The notes beneath the pieces were generated by a model, which ran no database searches, was not told where the DNA came from, and was given only the letters and a program-made list of their open reading frames with translations. A stretch of DNA of 64,000 nt, taken from positions 30,318,001-30,382,000 of the forward strand of contig NC_047032.1 of the NCBI RefSeq assembly GCF_902652985.1. Direction: 5' to 3'. The stretch's first letter is position 1. Every line of letters starts with the position of its first letter. A program made the position numbers and the translations under genes. Shown in pieces: positions 52,260 to 64,000 of the stretch. The stretch comes from Pecten maximus. Taxonomy: Eukaryota.

Positions 52260-52367
52260 CCTGACATTAGAGGTGTCCCGAAGTCCAATCAGAACAGACT
52301 GGGCCTCACTGGTCCACCGAGACACATGTAGCGGGTTCGTGGAGACACTCTTCATGTTCGTCAGAGG
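52260..52367 (-). CDS. Alpha/beta-hydrolase exon 5
   Basis: Acceptor cctttatcAG, donor GTTCGT, 108 nt, phase 0/0. Translation PLTNMKSVSTNPLHVSRWTSEAQSVLIGLRDTSNVR. Confidence 0.78.
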
Positions 52368-53045
52368 CTGATAAAGGAAGTAAAACATATGTTCGTATAA
52401 AAACCTTTTAAAATAACAGTCAACGACCGAACTGTACAGCTGTGTAACCTCAAATTGTTGTGTACAATGTGTACAACCGAACTGTACAGCTGTGTAACCT
52501 CAAATTGTTGTGTACAATGTGAACGAACGAATTCTACACAATGCGTGGACACTCGGAAACTGGGTGAAAATGACAATCACATAGTTTATTTGCACACGCT
52601 GGACGTTTCTATCGTTGTTGATTTACAATATTATTAATGTATTTAGAAATAGATGTTGATATTAATTGATTACATATTCATTATTAAGTCAAGAGTTCAT
52701 ATCTGAGATACATGTAAATCTCGTGCAGACCAGTTATAAAAGGATGTGCGTGTATTTATGAAGCCACACATGACTAGTACAAGTACACAGAATCTCGTAT
52801 AATATGCGCTCGTGCCTTTTGGTAGCGTTGTGGATCCCATTTTAAAATTGAGAAAAAATAGAACAAATTAAAACCAGTTATAAGCAAAGTTTACCTCAAC
52901 ATGCGGACATTACATAGATATTTCCCTTACACCGGCAGTGGATTTGTTCCCCGGATACTTTTAAATGGTAGTTTATTTATTCGTTTACACCAGTTGAGCC
53001 TCGTTGTCATTCGTCTTCCTATGTATATTATGTACATGATCTTAC

Positions 53046-53331
53046 CGCCATGATGTATCCGGTTTTTGTGTATCCTTCCAGGAGAGTTTTCCGTCCGTCC
53101 GCGATCACAGAACTGTCAGCTGTCTGAATATTGGCTGCCATGAAGGCGTTTGTGTACTTTGCGATGAGTGAATAGGCTGTCGCATTCGTCACTTCCGGTT
53201 CAAGGTCGTAGGCCAAAACCTCGCTTGGCATGGTACCAGAAGCGAATTGGCCGTGATTGACTCCCTCCATTGTTATAACTGGTGTTGTGTACATCGCGCT
53301 TTTGTTCCTTTGTACATATGCGACTAGTGTC
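53046..53331 (-). CDS. Alpha/beta-hydrolase exon 4 (EGVNHGQF, catalytic His)
   Basis: Acceptor ttatAG, donor GTAAG, 286 nt, phase 2/0. Confidence 0.92.
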
Positions 53332-53662
53332 CTATAACCATAGAGATATTTAGAAATACAGGTTAACCATGATGTGTGTTTTGTTTGTTTGTTTGCTTTT
53401 TAGTTATCTGTATGGCTCCATAAAGTAAAATTAAACACTTCCAGCTAATTGCGTAGATAAAGGCGTTATTTGCTTTGTTTTGGGAAGACAACATTTTAGC
53501 GAATATAATTTTAGTTTTTAAGCAGGAAGGAATCATTTAAAGATATGATATGTCGTAAACGGCGGATCTAGATATGTTTTTAAAAAGTGAATAAAAAGGA
53601 TAAGAATGCACCATTTTAGAACTTAAAATATCCCCAGACACATAAACCAATATCTCACGTAC

Positions 53663-53837
53663 TGGTACGACTCTTCTATCCTTGTCAATCTGACCAAACC
53701 ATCAAGGTCCCCAGAGAGAGTCAGCACCGGAACAGGATATGACGTCGGGTCATCGTTTCTAGACAGGTATGATGCAAACAAAAGGGCCCCAGAAAGTCCT
53801 CTGTGATGGTTTAGTACGTAGTTCGCAGTGATCTGTC
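53663..53837 (-). CDS. Alpha/beta-hydrolase exon 3 (PVLTLSGDLDGL, catalytic Asp)
   Basis: Acceptor acAG, donor GTACGT, 175 nt, phase 1/2. Translation QITANYV...GALLFASYL...YPVPVLTLSGDLDGLVRLTRIEESY. Confidence 0.9.
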
Positions 53838-54312
53838 CTGTTTGTGTCAGAAACCAATAAGATAAAACAACAACAACAACGACGACGACGACGACGACAG
53901 CAACAACAACAAATCTACTGCGGTAGTTTCGTAAAAGAAAACGTTGAATGGTATGGAGTCAATATGAAGATATATAATACTGTTTAAAATACAGTTGTCT
54001 TCTGTATGTATGCATGCAATCACAAGTATAATGCTTAACTAAAAAATAATAATAAAAGAAAGAAAAAACACGATGGTTTTAATATAATTCAATATTCTAC
54101 TACAGCATAGTCTGTTTTAACGATTTATAAGCAGATAACCGAATCCTGTCCTTCTATACTGTTAATTTTACAACAAATTGATACTTTTATACCAGTTTGA
54201 CTGTTTCAGATTAACAGAACAGACTATGCTAGTTTCACACTTACCGCTGAGACTGTCCTGATGAATGTTTCAGCTTGACAGAAAAAAACAAACTATCTGT
54301 GTTCTTACTCAC

Positions 54313-54483
54313 CGCCGAGACTATGTCCTGCCAGGAAAATAAGTTTCGCTCCTCGTTTCAGTAGCTCCCCTTTGGCTTTGTTTACAGCGCCCCCTATCTG
54401 TAAGGGATTTACGAGGTTTCCGAAAAAGCCATCCAACAATGCCACCCATACCTTGAGATCACTGTCGGCTTGGATTGCCTCCC
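54313..54483 (-). CDS. Alpha/beta-hydrolase exon 2 (nucleophile elbow IFLAGHSLGG)
   Basis: Acceptor tttaAG, donor GTGAG, 171 nt, phase 1/1. Translation GEAIQADSDLKVWVALLDGFFGNLVNPLQIGGAVNKAKGELLKRGAKLIFLAGHSLG. Confidence 0.92.
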
Positions 54484-54615
54484 CTTAAACGAAAACCACA
54501 CATTCCGTGAGACGTATTATGGGAGACTGTCGTGTAGGAGTATATGTTGCTAAGCGATAACGTCTAGGTATAGTCCACAGTTTTGACACGTTTGATCTAT
54601 GTCGACTATAACATA

Positions 54616-54748
54616 TTGTGTTCCGTTAGGGCCAAATTTCCAATATCGCTCCTTCGCTCCTTCGCCATCGTGTTTTCGCTTCTTCGCTTCTTCGCGTTTA
54701 GGTCGAAGGAGCGAAAAAGCGATATTGTTTGGCACTGACGGAACACCA
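54616..54748. mobile_element. Short MITE in hydrolase intron 1
   Basis: Terminal inverted repeats gtgttccgttagggccaaa / tttggcactgacggaacac, internal ttcgc repeats, TA on both flanks. Confidence 0.6.
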
Positions 54749-56447
54749 TACATTTGTATGTTACAGCTTCTCCCAACTTTTGTTCTTTATTTATAATCAA
54801 CACGTATTTTCTCTATCTTATATAATCTTACATTGACATGGAATAATTAATTTAATTACATATAGACACAGGTAACAGACATTTATTTTTTTTATGACTG
54901 ACTTTCAACCAACCAAACTATAGTGATACTGTCCATTAATAGATCTGTAAATAACTGACTTTTGAATGCATGCCAGATTTTAACTTTAGTCAATTTGTTC
55001 TCGAAGTGACCCAATAATCGCGATACTCATTATGGCATATATCACGTAACGACTTATTGTACTCTAGCTTTACCTTACATAATCTGTCCATGATATATAT
55101 AGCGAGGTTCATTTCTTTACTTGCGTGTTTTCTTACTTGATACCTATAACAGACGCAATGATATCCTCTGTTGTTGAAGTTCCGTCTAAATACCAGAGGT
55201 TGGCAATGACATAAAACAGTCAGACTTAAGATCTTTTTGTTTCGTTAGCCGGGAATATATGTCAAAGATTCCAAGTAACAAGGACTACAGATCCTCAAGG
55301 AAAATAAAGGCAAGCATCAACAATTCATTTTATGATTTTGTGCAAAAATCATGTCTGAGTGTGATTATTATGGAAAATCGGTTTAAATATGTGTACAATA
55401 TATAGGTTCCCGAATGTCCCCCCTCGTTTGATGTACATCTGTTTTTTGGATGTATTCGACAGTAAGTTTTATGTGTCATATTGCAAAAATGTTTGGTGGA
55501 ATACAAACGATATTATTCAATTAGACTCTGTTGGTATTAAGAATACGAATGTGAATACAACGATTAAATTGTCTTTCTGATGATTTTTTCAAAGTAATAA
55601 GTTCTGTCAGGGTTTCTGACTTCCTGGTAACAGATGAGCAACTGATCTAGAAAGTTTTTGTGTACAGACAAAATGTTCTCGTGAGAGTACTTCTGTACTT
55701 CCATATTGGTTATAAACTATCGGATAAAAACTGGATGTTTGTCATTGTCTCGACTCTTAACACGTCTATACTCCGTAGTTTGGAGGTTAAACGAACATTC
55801 AGGACTGATGTTTCGTCCGGAGTGGATTGGAGTTAGACAGATATATCTGGCTTGAAATCTGTTTATTTTGATTCTTTGGAGATTCATACATTGTAATATT
55901 TCTAAAATATTAAATAAGAACTGTCTAACAGCGAATGAAAGGGGCAGATCGGAACATGGAGACTTACCTCATGTACCACCAAACAGACGAGCGCTAGTAT
56001 AATTTATGATAGACAGTATTTATATTGCATATTTATTACTACATGTCCCCTGTCTTGCCATTTGACGCCGGATGAACTGTGGTGTCCTTGCAACCTGGAA
56101 CATTTTATCGTCCCTATTCAATCCTTTTGTAAACCTTGACTTGTTAAAAACATCTCGCGGATTTCAATAGAAATATTTTCATTTAGTCCTCCACCATCAA
56201 CATAGGCCTTTGTAAATTTCACATTAATGTTATGTTTTTAGCATTTCAAAATTCCCACGTGAATTTTAAAAGGTCAGCTGATACTTTTTGACCAATGATA
56301 TTGTTAAAACTTTTGAAGACCGTTATGCAAGGTCTCCATTCAATATATCTAAAATTAGGTCTGTGGTATTTCTGTTGTGGTATTACTGTTGGATGGATGT
56401 TTATGTTGGGATCAAGTTAAACATACTTGAGAGAAACCAAATCTTAC

Positions 56448-56616
56448 CAACTGGTCTGTAGGCCCTTCCTGGTATGTAAGCCCCCGGAACAATTATCAGC
56501 CCAACTTCCGGTCCAGTTTTCGTCGGTGTCAATATGTCGACTGTCACCCTCTGTAACGAGGACACCACACATGTCATGAAGATAGCGAAAACGAAAAGCG
56601 TCTTATAACTTTCCAT
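56448..56616 (-). CDS. Secreted alpha/beta-hydrolase, exon 1 of 8 (signal peptide; GLIIVPGA oxyanion strand)
   Basis: MESYKTLFVFAIFMTCVVSS signal-like N-terminus; donor GTAAG, phase 1. Confidence 0.88.
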
Positions 56617-56670
56617 TGCAAACGCTTGCTTCAAAAACAAAATTCACTGCAACGGGTCTGTTATCCAACT

Positions 56671-56690
56671 ATTATATCCGGAAGTGACGT
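56671..56690. promoter_or_regulatory. Putative core promoter of the hydrolase: overlapping ETS-CRE motif plus TATA-like box
   Basis: CCGGAAGTGACGT at 56678-56690, adjacent to TATAAT on - (56676-56671), about 55-75 nt upstream of the ATG. Confidence 0.4.
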
Positions 56691-57541
56691 TTGATCGGTC
56701 AGGGTCAAAATTGATATTAACAATCGGATGATTGTTAACCTTGATGCTTGCATCCGCCTAACCTGATCTGCATATCTGATTTAACAGACAGAATAAATGT
56801 TTGTAGACATATCATTATACATGATACATATATGACGTTCAATAATCAAAGATTTTAGAAAAATCAGATCATCAAAATGCCCGAATCATGTAGTATTTTA
56901 CCCTGGACTTCTAGACTTTTGATACGTTACGACTAACCATACATTGTACATACCAGACGTGGATAAAGAAACCGGGTAGATTATCTATAAGGAGGGAGAC
57001 CTGATGATACCCCGGACAGCTATCTCTAATGGTACACCCTGTACCCAGTATTGTTAGGTTATAGAACCAGTGTCACACACATTCTCACAAACTCGGTACA
57101 ATTCATCTAACTTTGATATTTACTCGGAAAGATTCCAAATTGTATAGACAGCCAAAGGAAACCTATATAGTTTGTATTTGCTGTTAATTTAACCGTAACA
57201 ACATTACACAACGTTTAAGGGTTCATTTTAGAGGATGAATACGATTTGATGTCTGTAGTTTATCAGTTGTTTATCGAGATTACTAACAGGTACGAGTCTG
57301 TACCACTACATATTTTGTATGTCAACATTTATGAAACATTACGAGAGTTTGATTGGACTTACCTTGTACGGCGTACGAAAGTACATCATTGTATGAAAAC
57401 CTCACATAGAATGTTGGTCATATTTCAAACGATAAAAGTATTTATCTAAAAAATTATTCATAAAAATTATCATTTCAAATTTATAACAGAAACTCTTATT
57501 TATATTTGTATTTTTTTATATGGTTGTTGATTTGTTAAATT

Positions 57542-57714
57542 GGGCTGCGGTGGCCGAGTGATTAAGGTGTCTCGACACTTTATCACTAGCCCTCCACCTC
57601 TGGGTTGCGAGTTCGACACCTACGTGGGGCAGTTGCTTGGTACTGGCCGTAGGTCGGTGGTTTTTATCCGCCACTCCGGCTTTCCTGGCACGTCCTTAAA
57701 TGACCCTGGCTGTT
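57542..57714 (+). mobile_element. V-type SINE, third copy, diverged and 3'-truncated
   Basis: Aligns to the 7551 and 8553 copies, with an internal deletion between cct microhomologies and no tail end. Confidence 0.85.
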
Positions 57715-57967
57715 TATCACACAAGGAAGATTTCTCAATGAGATCCTGGTGTCGACAGTGAATCCCCCACATGTACTTCACAAATTTACATCTCTCAAAA
57801 AATGTGTCGTTAGTTTCCCCCATCGGTAGTCGCCATTTGTCAAAGAAATCGTGAAAATATAATGACTTTCTAGATATTGGATCAAATCGGACATAGGTAG
57901 AGTGGTGATGCTATAATTCTTAGAAATTTGAGAATCGTCACGCCTACCTATCACGATATCAGCTCTG

Positions 57968-58073
57968 GGAGGGTCGGGTGGCATAGTGGTAACACACTTG
58001 CCTTTCACCTAGGTGGTCGGGGTCCGATTCCTCGATCGGACATGAAAAGGTATAAGGTCACCTATCTGACCAA
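57968..58073 (+). mobile_element. tRNA-derived SINE head (family of 38100-38268)
   Basis: A box TGGCATAGTGG, B-like GGTCCGATTCC, then tcgatcggacatgaaaagg. Confidence 0.65.
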
Positions 58074-60082
58074 GTTAATACCAGTAGATATAGCTTGTTT
58101 CGCAATTATTACGTATATGTTTATTGTGTACTGACGTGACATCTACATTTGTATATATGTGGCGGTATACTCTTCCATTAGTGGCGATAACATTGACGTA
58201 CAACATGTATAGGAATTTCCGGGACTACTTATCAGTTTAAATACTAACGAAAACATCATATGGTGCACTATGAAGACTAGCAACTTTTCTGTAAAGAACT
58301 TATTTTATTTAAGGAATAGTTCCGGCCTTTTTATCGTTTACTGGTGTGTAAACTGTACTTCGTTACAGATATTTTAAATGACGCATGTTAGTGAAAATAT
58401 TACTTGCGCATTCACACTAACTGCGTCTGTGTGCACTGGCTATAAACAATGTATTCCTACACGTCAGATGTCCTATAACGAACACACCCCAGGAATGTAA
58501 GTATATTGTTATGATTTCAAATAAATAAGTAAAAAAGTCCTTCCCCAGCATACGTCACGGAGATTATATAAAACAGTTCAGTTATAAGAATTAAGTGCAG
58601 TTAATGTTTTAATTACACAGATCGACGGGTTGTTCTATTGTGACTGTATTGATCGTGAAAGGTTTAAATCATTGAACTTTCTAATCCGTTAATGTAGCAT
58701 AATGTGGAATAAAATTGTTAATTTGATGAATAATAGAAATGCTGGAGATATTTCCAACTTTTAGAAAATAGTCATGCTCATCAAAAATAAATTTATCTCA
58801 ATACTTAGCATTACTTTTAAAAATATGAACGGTTCAAGTGGTTATTATAGATCCTAATTAAGCTAACAGTCCTGTCCGTCCGATACTTTTATTTAAATAC
58901 GTTTCACACTATTACGACACTATTCACACCTATTAATCTATAATCCCTCATGTACTTGTTAATATACAAAGGGGACATGCTGCCGTTAGTGTGATTATGT
59001 TTTACTTCTAAATCAGATTAAGTCTCGGAGTCCGTCAGAACGTCTTTATATTGCCGGTACCAGTGTTCGATAATGATTTATGTAATAATGGTTTCTTACC
59101 CAACATTCTGACGATTTTAAGTCGGTATCTTGATCTCCTGTTAACAGAAATGTCTGTTACAATGAGATAGCGTGATGTGATGATGACAGATTTTTGGTGA
59201 CAGAGTCCAGGTAGAGACAAGAATATCATCTAATCCCCCGAACTCTTATCTCAGTACTCCCGTCGGCGACAGCTTCTACATAATTCCAACAAGCAAAATA
59301 ATCTGTGCGTTTTTCTTTTTCTGGTTTGACTTGTATTCGATGAGATAAAAAGCGTCATCTTATAATACCACAATTATGGGCTGTGTCTACAATTCCATAT
59401 GTCAGGAATTAACTTCCTCTAAAAACGTCTTTTATAGTATTCTTACATTTGGGTATAATTTATTTAAAACTTATTGATGGAATCAGTTTTGTTGAAAATA
59501 ATGAAATCATATATGATCCCCTCTGCGATTAAGTGACCTCTGTTTGACGTTTTAATCTGTTCCGTAACTTTGTCGTGTGGTATATAACGGTATACATGTA
59601 TGTACAGTCGTTTAGTAATTTATTATATAGATCTTAATCCTTTAAGAACGTATAACACTACTTAAGTAGGGATAAATACCCTTCACGGATTAGCGTCAAT
59701 GGTCAATCAAAAGGCGTTCTGTTTAATTAGGATTAACACGCCACGTGTTAATGTTCTACGTACAGTACTTGTATTTATATAGGTATTTTAATTTAACATA
59801 TTTTACAGTGAAGAACACATCAGCTATATCAGAGAAGCAATAGGTGGCACTATTGGATTTATTCAGCACTAACAGCGACAGAACAAAATGGTAATTATTA
59901 TTTTGAAATAATCTAATCATCACATTCAACAATCATCGTCGATAACTTCATTTAGATTGTGGCTTCGCGCACGATTTCGTTTAACACCTCAATCAAATTT
60001 TCATAACTTACTGTACTACAAAATTGCCATGCATGACTATATATATATTACATATATATATAGTCACTCATAAATCCTTTCA

Positions 60083-60130
60083 TTACACCTGAAGAGCTTG
60101 CTCTCAAGGCATGTGAAAGCGCTAGTGTGA
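60083..60130 (+). ncRNA. Minimal type I hammerhead ribozyme (Penelope-like element type)
   Basis: Stem I ttacac/gtgtga; core CTGAAGA at 60089-60095; stem II gcttgct/ggcatgt with one mismatch; GAAA at 60115-60118; palindromic GCGC in place of stem III; CUA cleavage triplet at 60122-60124. Confidence 0.78.
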
Positions 60131-60586
60131 ATTTCTGGTTTGTGTTTTTTATTATTATTACTATGTATATCCATCACAAGGACATTATATATTTTTAATT
60201 ATATATTACATATATATTTATAATATTTACTAACTTTTCCCTTATTTTGTTTTATTTTGCATACAAATGTCTAATTCGATGACCGGTTTTCCTATATCGA
60301 GCGTGCATTTCAAATTCTTTAATATTTTCTATATGGAGGCCGTTTTGTAACATTTTTTATAATCGTGCGACAGAATTTATAAGTATACCTAATATAATGC
60401 CCTCAATAGAGATCGAACGCTGGACCACTAGATTACATGTACTATCCTACAGTTTCACCTTAGCGGAGTCGATAATATCTGTATTGGTCATCAACGTTTC
60501 TTATGTAATGATTTTCCATTTGAATTGTAAGATGGTGAATTACCTGAGGTAAACGAATGTTATAATGAATCAGGAACCAGATTTTT

Positions 60587-63500
60587 TACCAGGGTAACAC
60601 ACTCCCTCTCCGTCTGTAATAAGTCGGTAATAAGTAGCTGGTATCTTACCAGGGTGACACACTCCCTCCCTGTCGGTAATAAGTCGGTAATAAGTAGCTG
60701 GTATCTTACCAGGGTGACACACTCAATCCCTGTCGGTAATAAGTCGGTAATAAGTAGCTGATATCTTACCAGGGTGACACACTCCCTCCCTGTCGGTAAT
60801 AAGTAGCTGATATCTTACCAGGGTGACACACTCCCTCCCTGTCGGTAATAAGTCGGTAATAAGTAGCTGGTATCTTACCAGGGTGACACACTCCCTCCCT
60901 GTCGGTAATAAGTCGGTAATAAGTAGCTGGTATCTTACCAGGGTGACACACTCCCTCCCTGTCGGTAATAAGTCGGTAATAAGTAGCTGGTATCTTACCA
61001 GGGTGACACACTCACTCCCTGTCGGTAATAAGTCGGTAATAAGTAGCTGATATCTTACCAGGGTGACACACTCCCTCCCTGTCGGTAATAAGTAGCTGGT
61101 ATCTTACCAGGGTGACACACTCCCTCCCTGTCGGTAATAAGTCGGTAATAAGTAGCTGGTATCTTACCAGGGTGACACACTCCCTCCCTGTCGGTAATAA
61201 GTCGGTAATAAGTAGCTGATATCTTACCAGGGTGACACACTCCCTCCCTGTCGGTAATAAGTCGGTAATAAGTAGCTGATATCTTACCAGGGTGACACAC
61301 TCCCTCCCTGTCGGTAATAAGTCGGTAATAAGTAGCTGGTATCTTACCAGGGTGACACACTCCCTCACTGTCGGTAATAAGTCGGTAATAAGTAGCCGGT
61401 ATCTTACCAGGGTGACACACTCCCTCCCTGTCGGTAATAAGTCGGTAATAAGTAGCTGGTATCTTACCAGGGTGACACACTCCCTCCCTGTCGGTAATAA
61501 GTCGGTAATAAGTAGCTGGTATCTTACCAGGGTGACACACTCCCTCCCTGTCGGTAATAAGTCGGTAATAAGTAGCTGGTATCTTACCAGGGTGACACAC
61601 TCAATCCCTGTCGGTAATAAGTCGGTAATAAGTAGCTGATATCTTACCAGGGTGACACACTCCCTCCCTGTCGGTAATAAGTCGGTAATAAGTAGCTGAT
61701 ATCTTACCAGGGTGACACACTCCCTCCCTGTCGGTAATAAGTCGGTAATAAGTAGCTGGTATCTTACCAGGGTGACACACTCCCTCACTGTCGGTAATAA
61801 GTCGGTAATAAGTAGCCGGTATCTTACCAGGGTGACACACTCCCTCCCTGTCGGTAATAAGTCGGTAATAAGTAGCTGGTATCTTACCAGGGTGACACAC
61901 TCCCTCCCTGTCGGTAATAAGTCGGTAATAAGTAGCTGCTATCTTACCAGGGTGACACACTCCCTCCCTGTCGGTAATAAGTCGGTAATAAGTAGCTGGT
62001 ATCTTACCAGGGTGACACACTCAATCCCTGTCGGTAATAAGTCGGTAATAAGTAGCTGATATCTTACCAGGGTGACACACTCCCTCCCTGTCGGTAATAA
62101 GTAGCTGGTATCTTACCAGGGTGACACACTCCCTCCCTGTCGGTAATAAGTCGGTAATAAGTAACTGGTATCTTACCAGGGTGTCACACTCCCTCCCTGT
62201 CGGTAATAAGTCGGTAATAAGAAGCTGATATCTTACCAGGGTGACACACTCCCTCCCTGTCGGTAATAAGTCGGTAATAAGTAGCTGATATCTTACCAGG
62301 GTGACACACTCCCTCCCTGTCGGTAATAAGTCGGTAATAAATAGCTGGTATCTTACCAGGGTGACACACTCCCTCACTGTCGGTAATAAGTCGGTAATAA
62401 GTAGCCGGTATCTTACCAGGGTGACACACTCCCTCCCTGTCGGTAATAAGTCGGTAATAAGTAGCTGGTATCTTACCAGGGTGACACACTCCCTCACTGT
62501 CGGTAATAAGTCGGTAATAAGTAGCCGGTATCTTACCAGGGTGACACACTCCCTCCCTGTCGGTAATAAGTCGGTAATAAGTAGCTGGTATCTTACCAGG
62601 GTGACACACTCCCTCCCTGTCGGTAATAAGTCGGTAATAAGTAGCTGGTATCTTACCAGGGTGACACACTCCCTCCCTGTCGTTAATAAGTCGGTAATAA
62701 GTAGCTGGTATCTTACCAGGGTGACACACTCAATCCCTGTCGGTAATAAGTCGGTAATAAGTAGCTGATATCTTACCAGGGTGACACACTCCCTCCCTGT
62801 CGGTAATAAGTAGCTGGTATCTTACCAGGGTGACACACTCCCTCCCTGTCGGTAATAAGTCGGTAATAAGTAACTGGTATCTTACCAGGGTGTCACACTC
62901 CCTCTCTGTCGGTAATAAGTCGGTAATAAGTAGCTGATATCTTACCAGGGTGACCCACTCCCTCCCTGTCGGTAATAAGTCGGTAATAAGTAGCTGATAT
63001 CTTACCAGGGTGACACACTCCCTCCCTGTCGGTAATAAGTCGGTAATAAGTAGCTGGTATCTTACCAGGGTGACACACTCCCTCACTGTCGGTAATAAGT
63101 CGGTAATAAGTAGCCGGTATCTTACCAGGGTGACACACTCCCTCCCTGTCGGTAATAAGTCGGTAATAAGTAGCTGGTATCTTACCAGGGTGACACACTC
63201 CCTCCCTGTCGGTAATAAGTCGGTAATAAGTAGCTGATATCTTACCAGGGTGACACACTCCCTCCCTGTCGGTAATAAGTCGGTAATAAGTAGCTGGTAT
63301 CTTACCAGGGTGACACACTCCCTCACTGTCGGTAATAAGTCGGTAATAAGTAGCTGATATCTTACCAGGGTGACACACTCCCTCCCTGTCGTTAATAAGT
63401 CGGTAATAAGTAGCTGATATCTTACCAGGGTGATACACCCCCTCCCTGTCGGTAATAAGTAGCTGATATCTTACCAGGGTGACACACCCCCTCCCTGTCG

Positions 63501-64000
63501 GTAATAAGTAGCTGATATCTTACCAGGGTGACACACCCCCTCCCTGTCGGTAATAAGTAGCTGGTATCTTACCAGGGTGACACACCCCCTCCCTGTCGGT
63601 AATAAGTCGGTAATAAGTAGCTGATATCTTACCAGGGTGACACACCCTTTCCCTGTCGGTAATAAGTCGGTAATAAGTAGCTGGTATCTGACCAGGTTGA
63701 CTCACTCCCTCCCTGTCGGTAATAAGTAGCTGATATCTTACCAGGGTGACACACCCCCTCCCTGTCAGTAATAAGTCGGTAATAAGTAGCTGGTATCTTA
63801 CCAGAGTGACGCACTCCCTCCCTGTCGGTAATAAGTAGCTGATATCTTACCAGGGTGACACACTCCCTCCCTGTCGGTAATAAGTCGGTAATAAGTAGCT
63901 GATATCTTACCAGGGTGACACACTCCCTCCCTGTCGGTAATAAGTAGCTGGTATCTTACCAGGGTGACACACTCCCTCCCTGTCGGTAATAAGTCGGTAA
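60587..64000. repeat. 60-bp satellite (49-bp variants) with higher-order blocks, running off the window end
   Basis: Unit cttaccagggtgacacactccctccctgtcggtaataagtcggtaataagtagctggtat with an internal 11-bp duplication (gtcggtaataa). Confidence 0.98.

Noticed and set aside
54255-57020. Other CTGANGA motifs (e.g. 12954, 37733, 54258, 57001) as hammerheads
   Set aside because: They lack a closing stem II-GAAA-NUH-stem I arrangement.
57542-58040. tRNA genes suggested by A/B boxes (also near 7700, 8700, 27300, 38200, 41900, 49080)
   Set aside because: No complete cloverleaf is evident; these are SINE heads or decayed relics followed by SINE bodies.
60766-63814. Long ORFs (VCHPGKIPATYY, RECVTLVRY) in the terminal array
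   Set aside because: The 60-bp unit is open in multiple frames and the 49-bp variants shift frame, so there is no sign of coding constraint.

Overview
AT-rich eukaryotic (animal) DNA. The SINE families present point to a bivalve mollusc, possibly a scallop (inference). Coding content is sparse and spliced: (1) the last two coding exons of an alpha-1,3-fucosyltransferase (GT10) on + (1-329, 758-814); (2) a 350-aa single-coding-exon uncharacterised gene on + (47953-49005); (3) a complete 8-exon, 499-aa secreted alpha/beta-hydrolase on - (56616-50649), reconstructed by hand with all intron phases consistent; (4) two weaker candidates, a 158-aa ORF (16379-15903, -) and a mucin-like repeat exon disrupted by a retroposon (44688-42918, -). 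About a quarter of the window is tandem repeat, with units of 16-74 bp. Several arrays are visibly derived from SINE tails, MITE arms or splice-donor regions, and several have higher-order structure. tRNA-derived SINEs with V-, Meta/Deu- and CORE-type bodies, LINE remnants and MITEs are interspersed. The most interesting non-coding signals are a minimal type I hammerhead ribozyme at 60083-60130 and a TSD-bounded composite retroposon at 42982-43520. The retroposon's 5' head can fold as a pseudoknot plus hairpin and lies upstream of a decayed tRNA head. Most ORFs in the supplied track are repeat artefacts. No CRISPR array, rRNA or intact tRNA gene was found.
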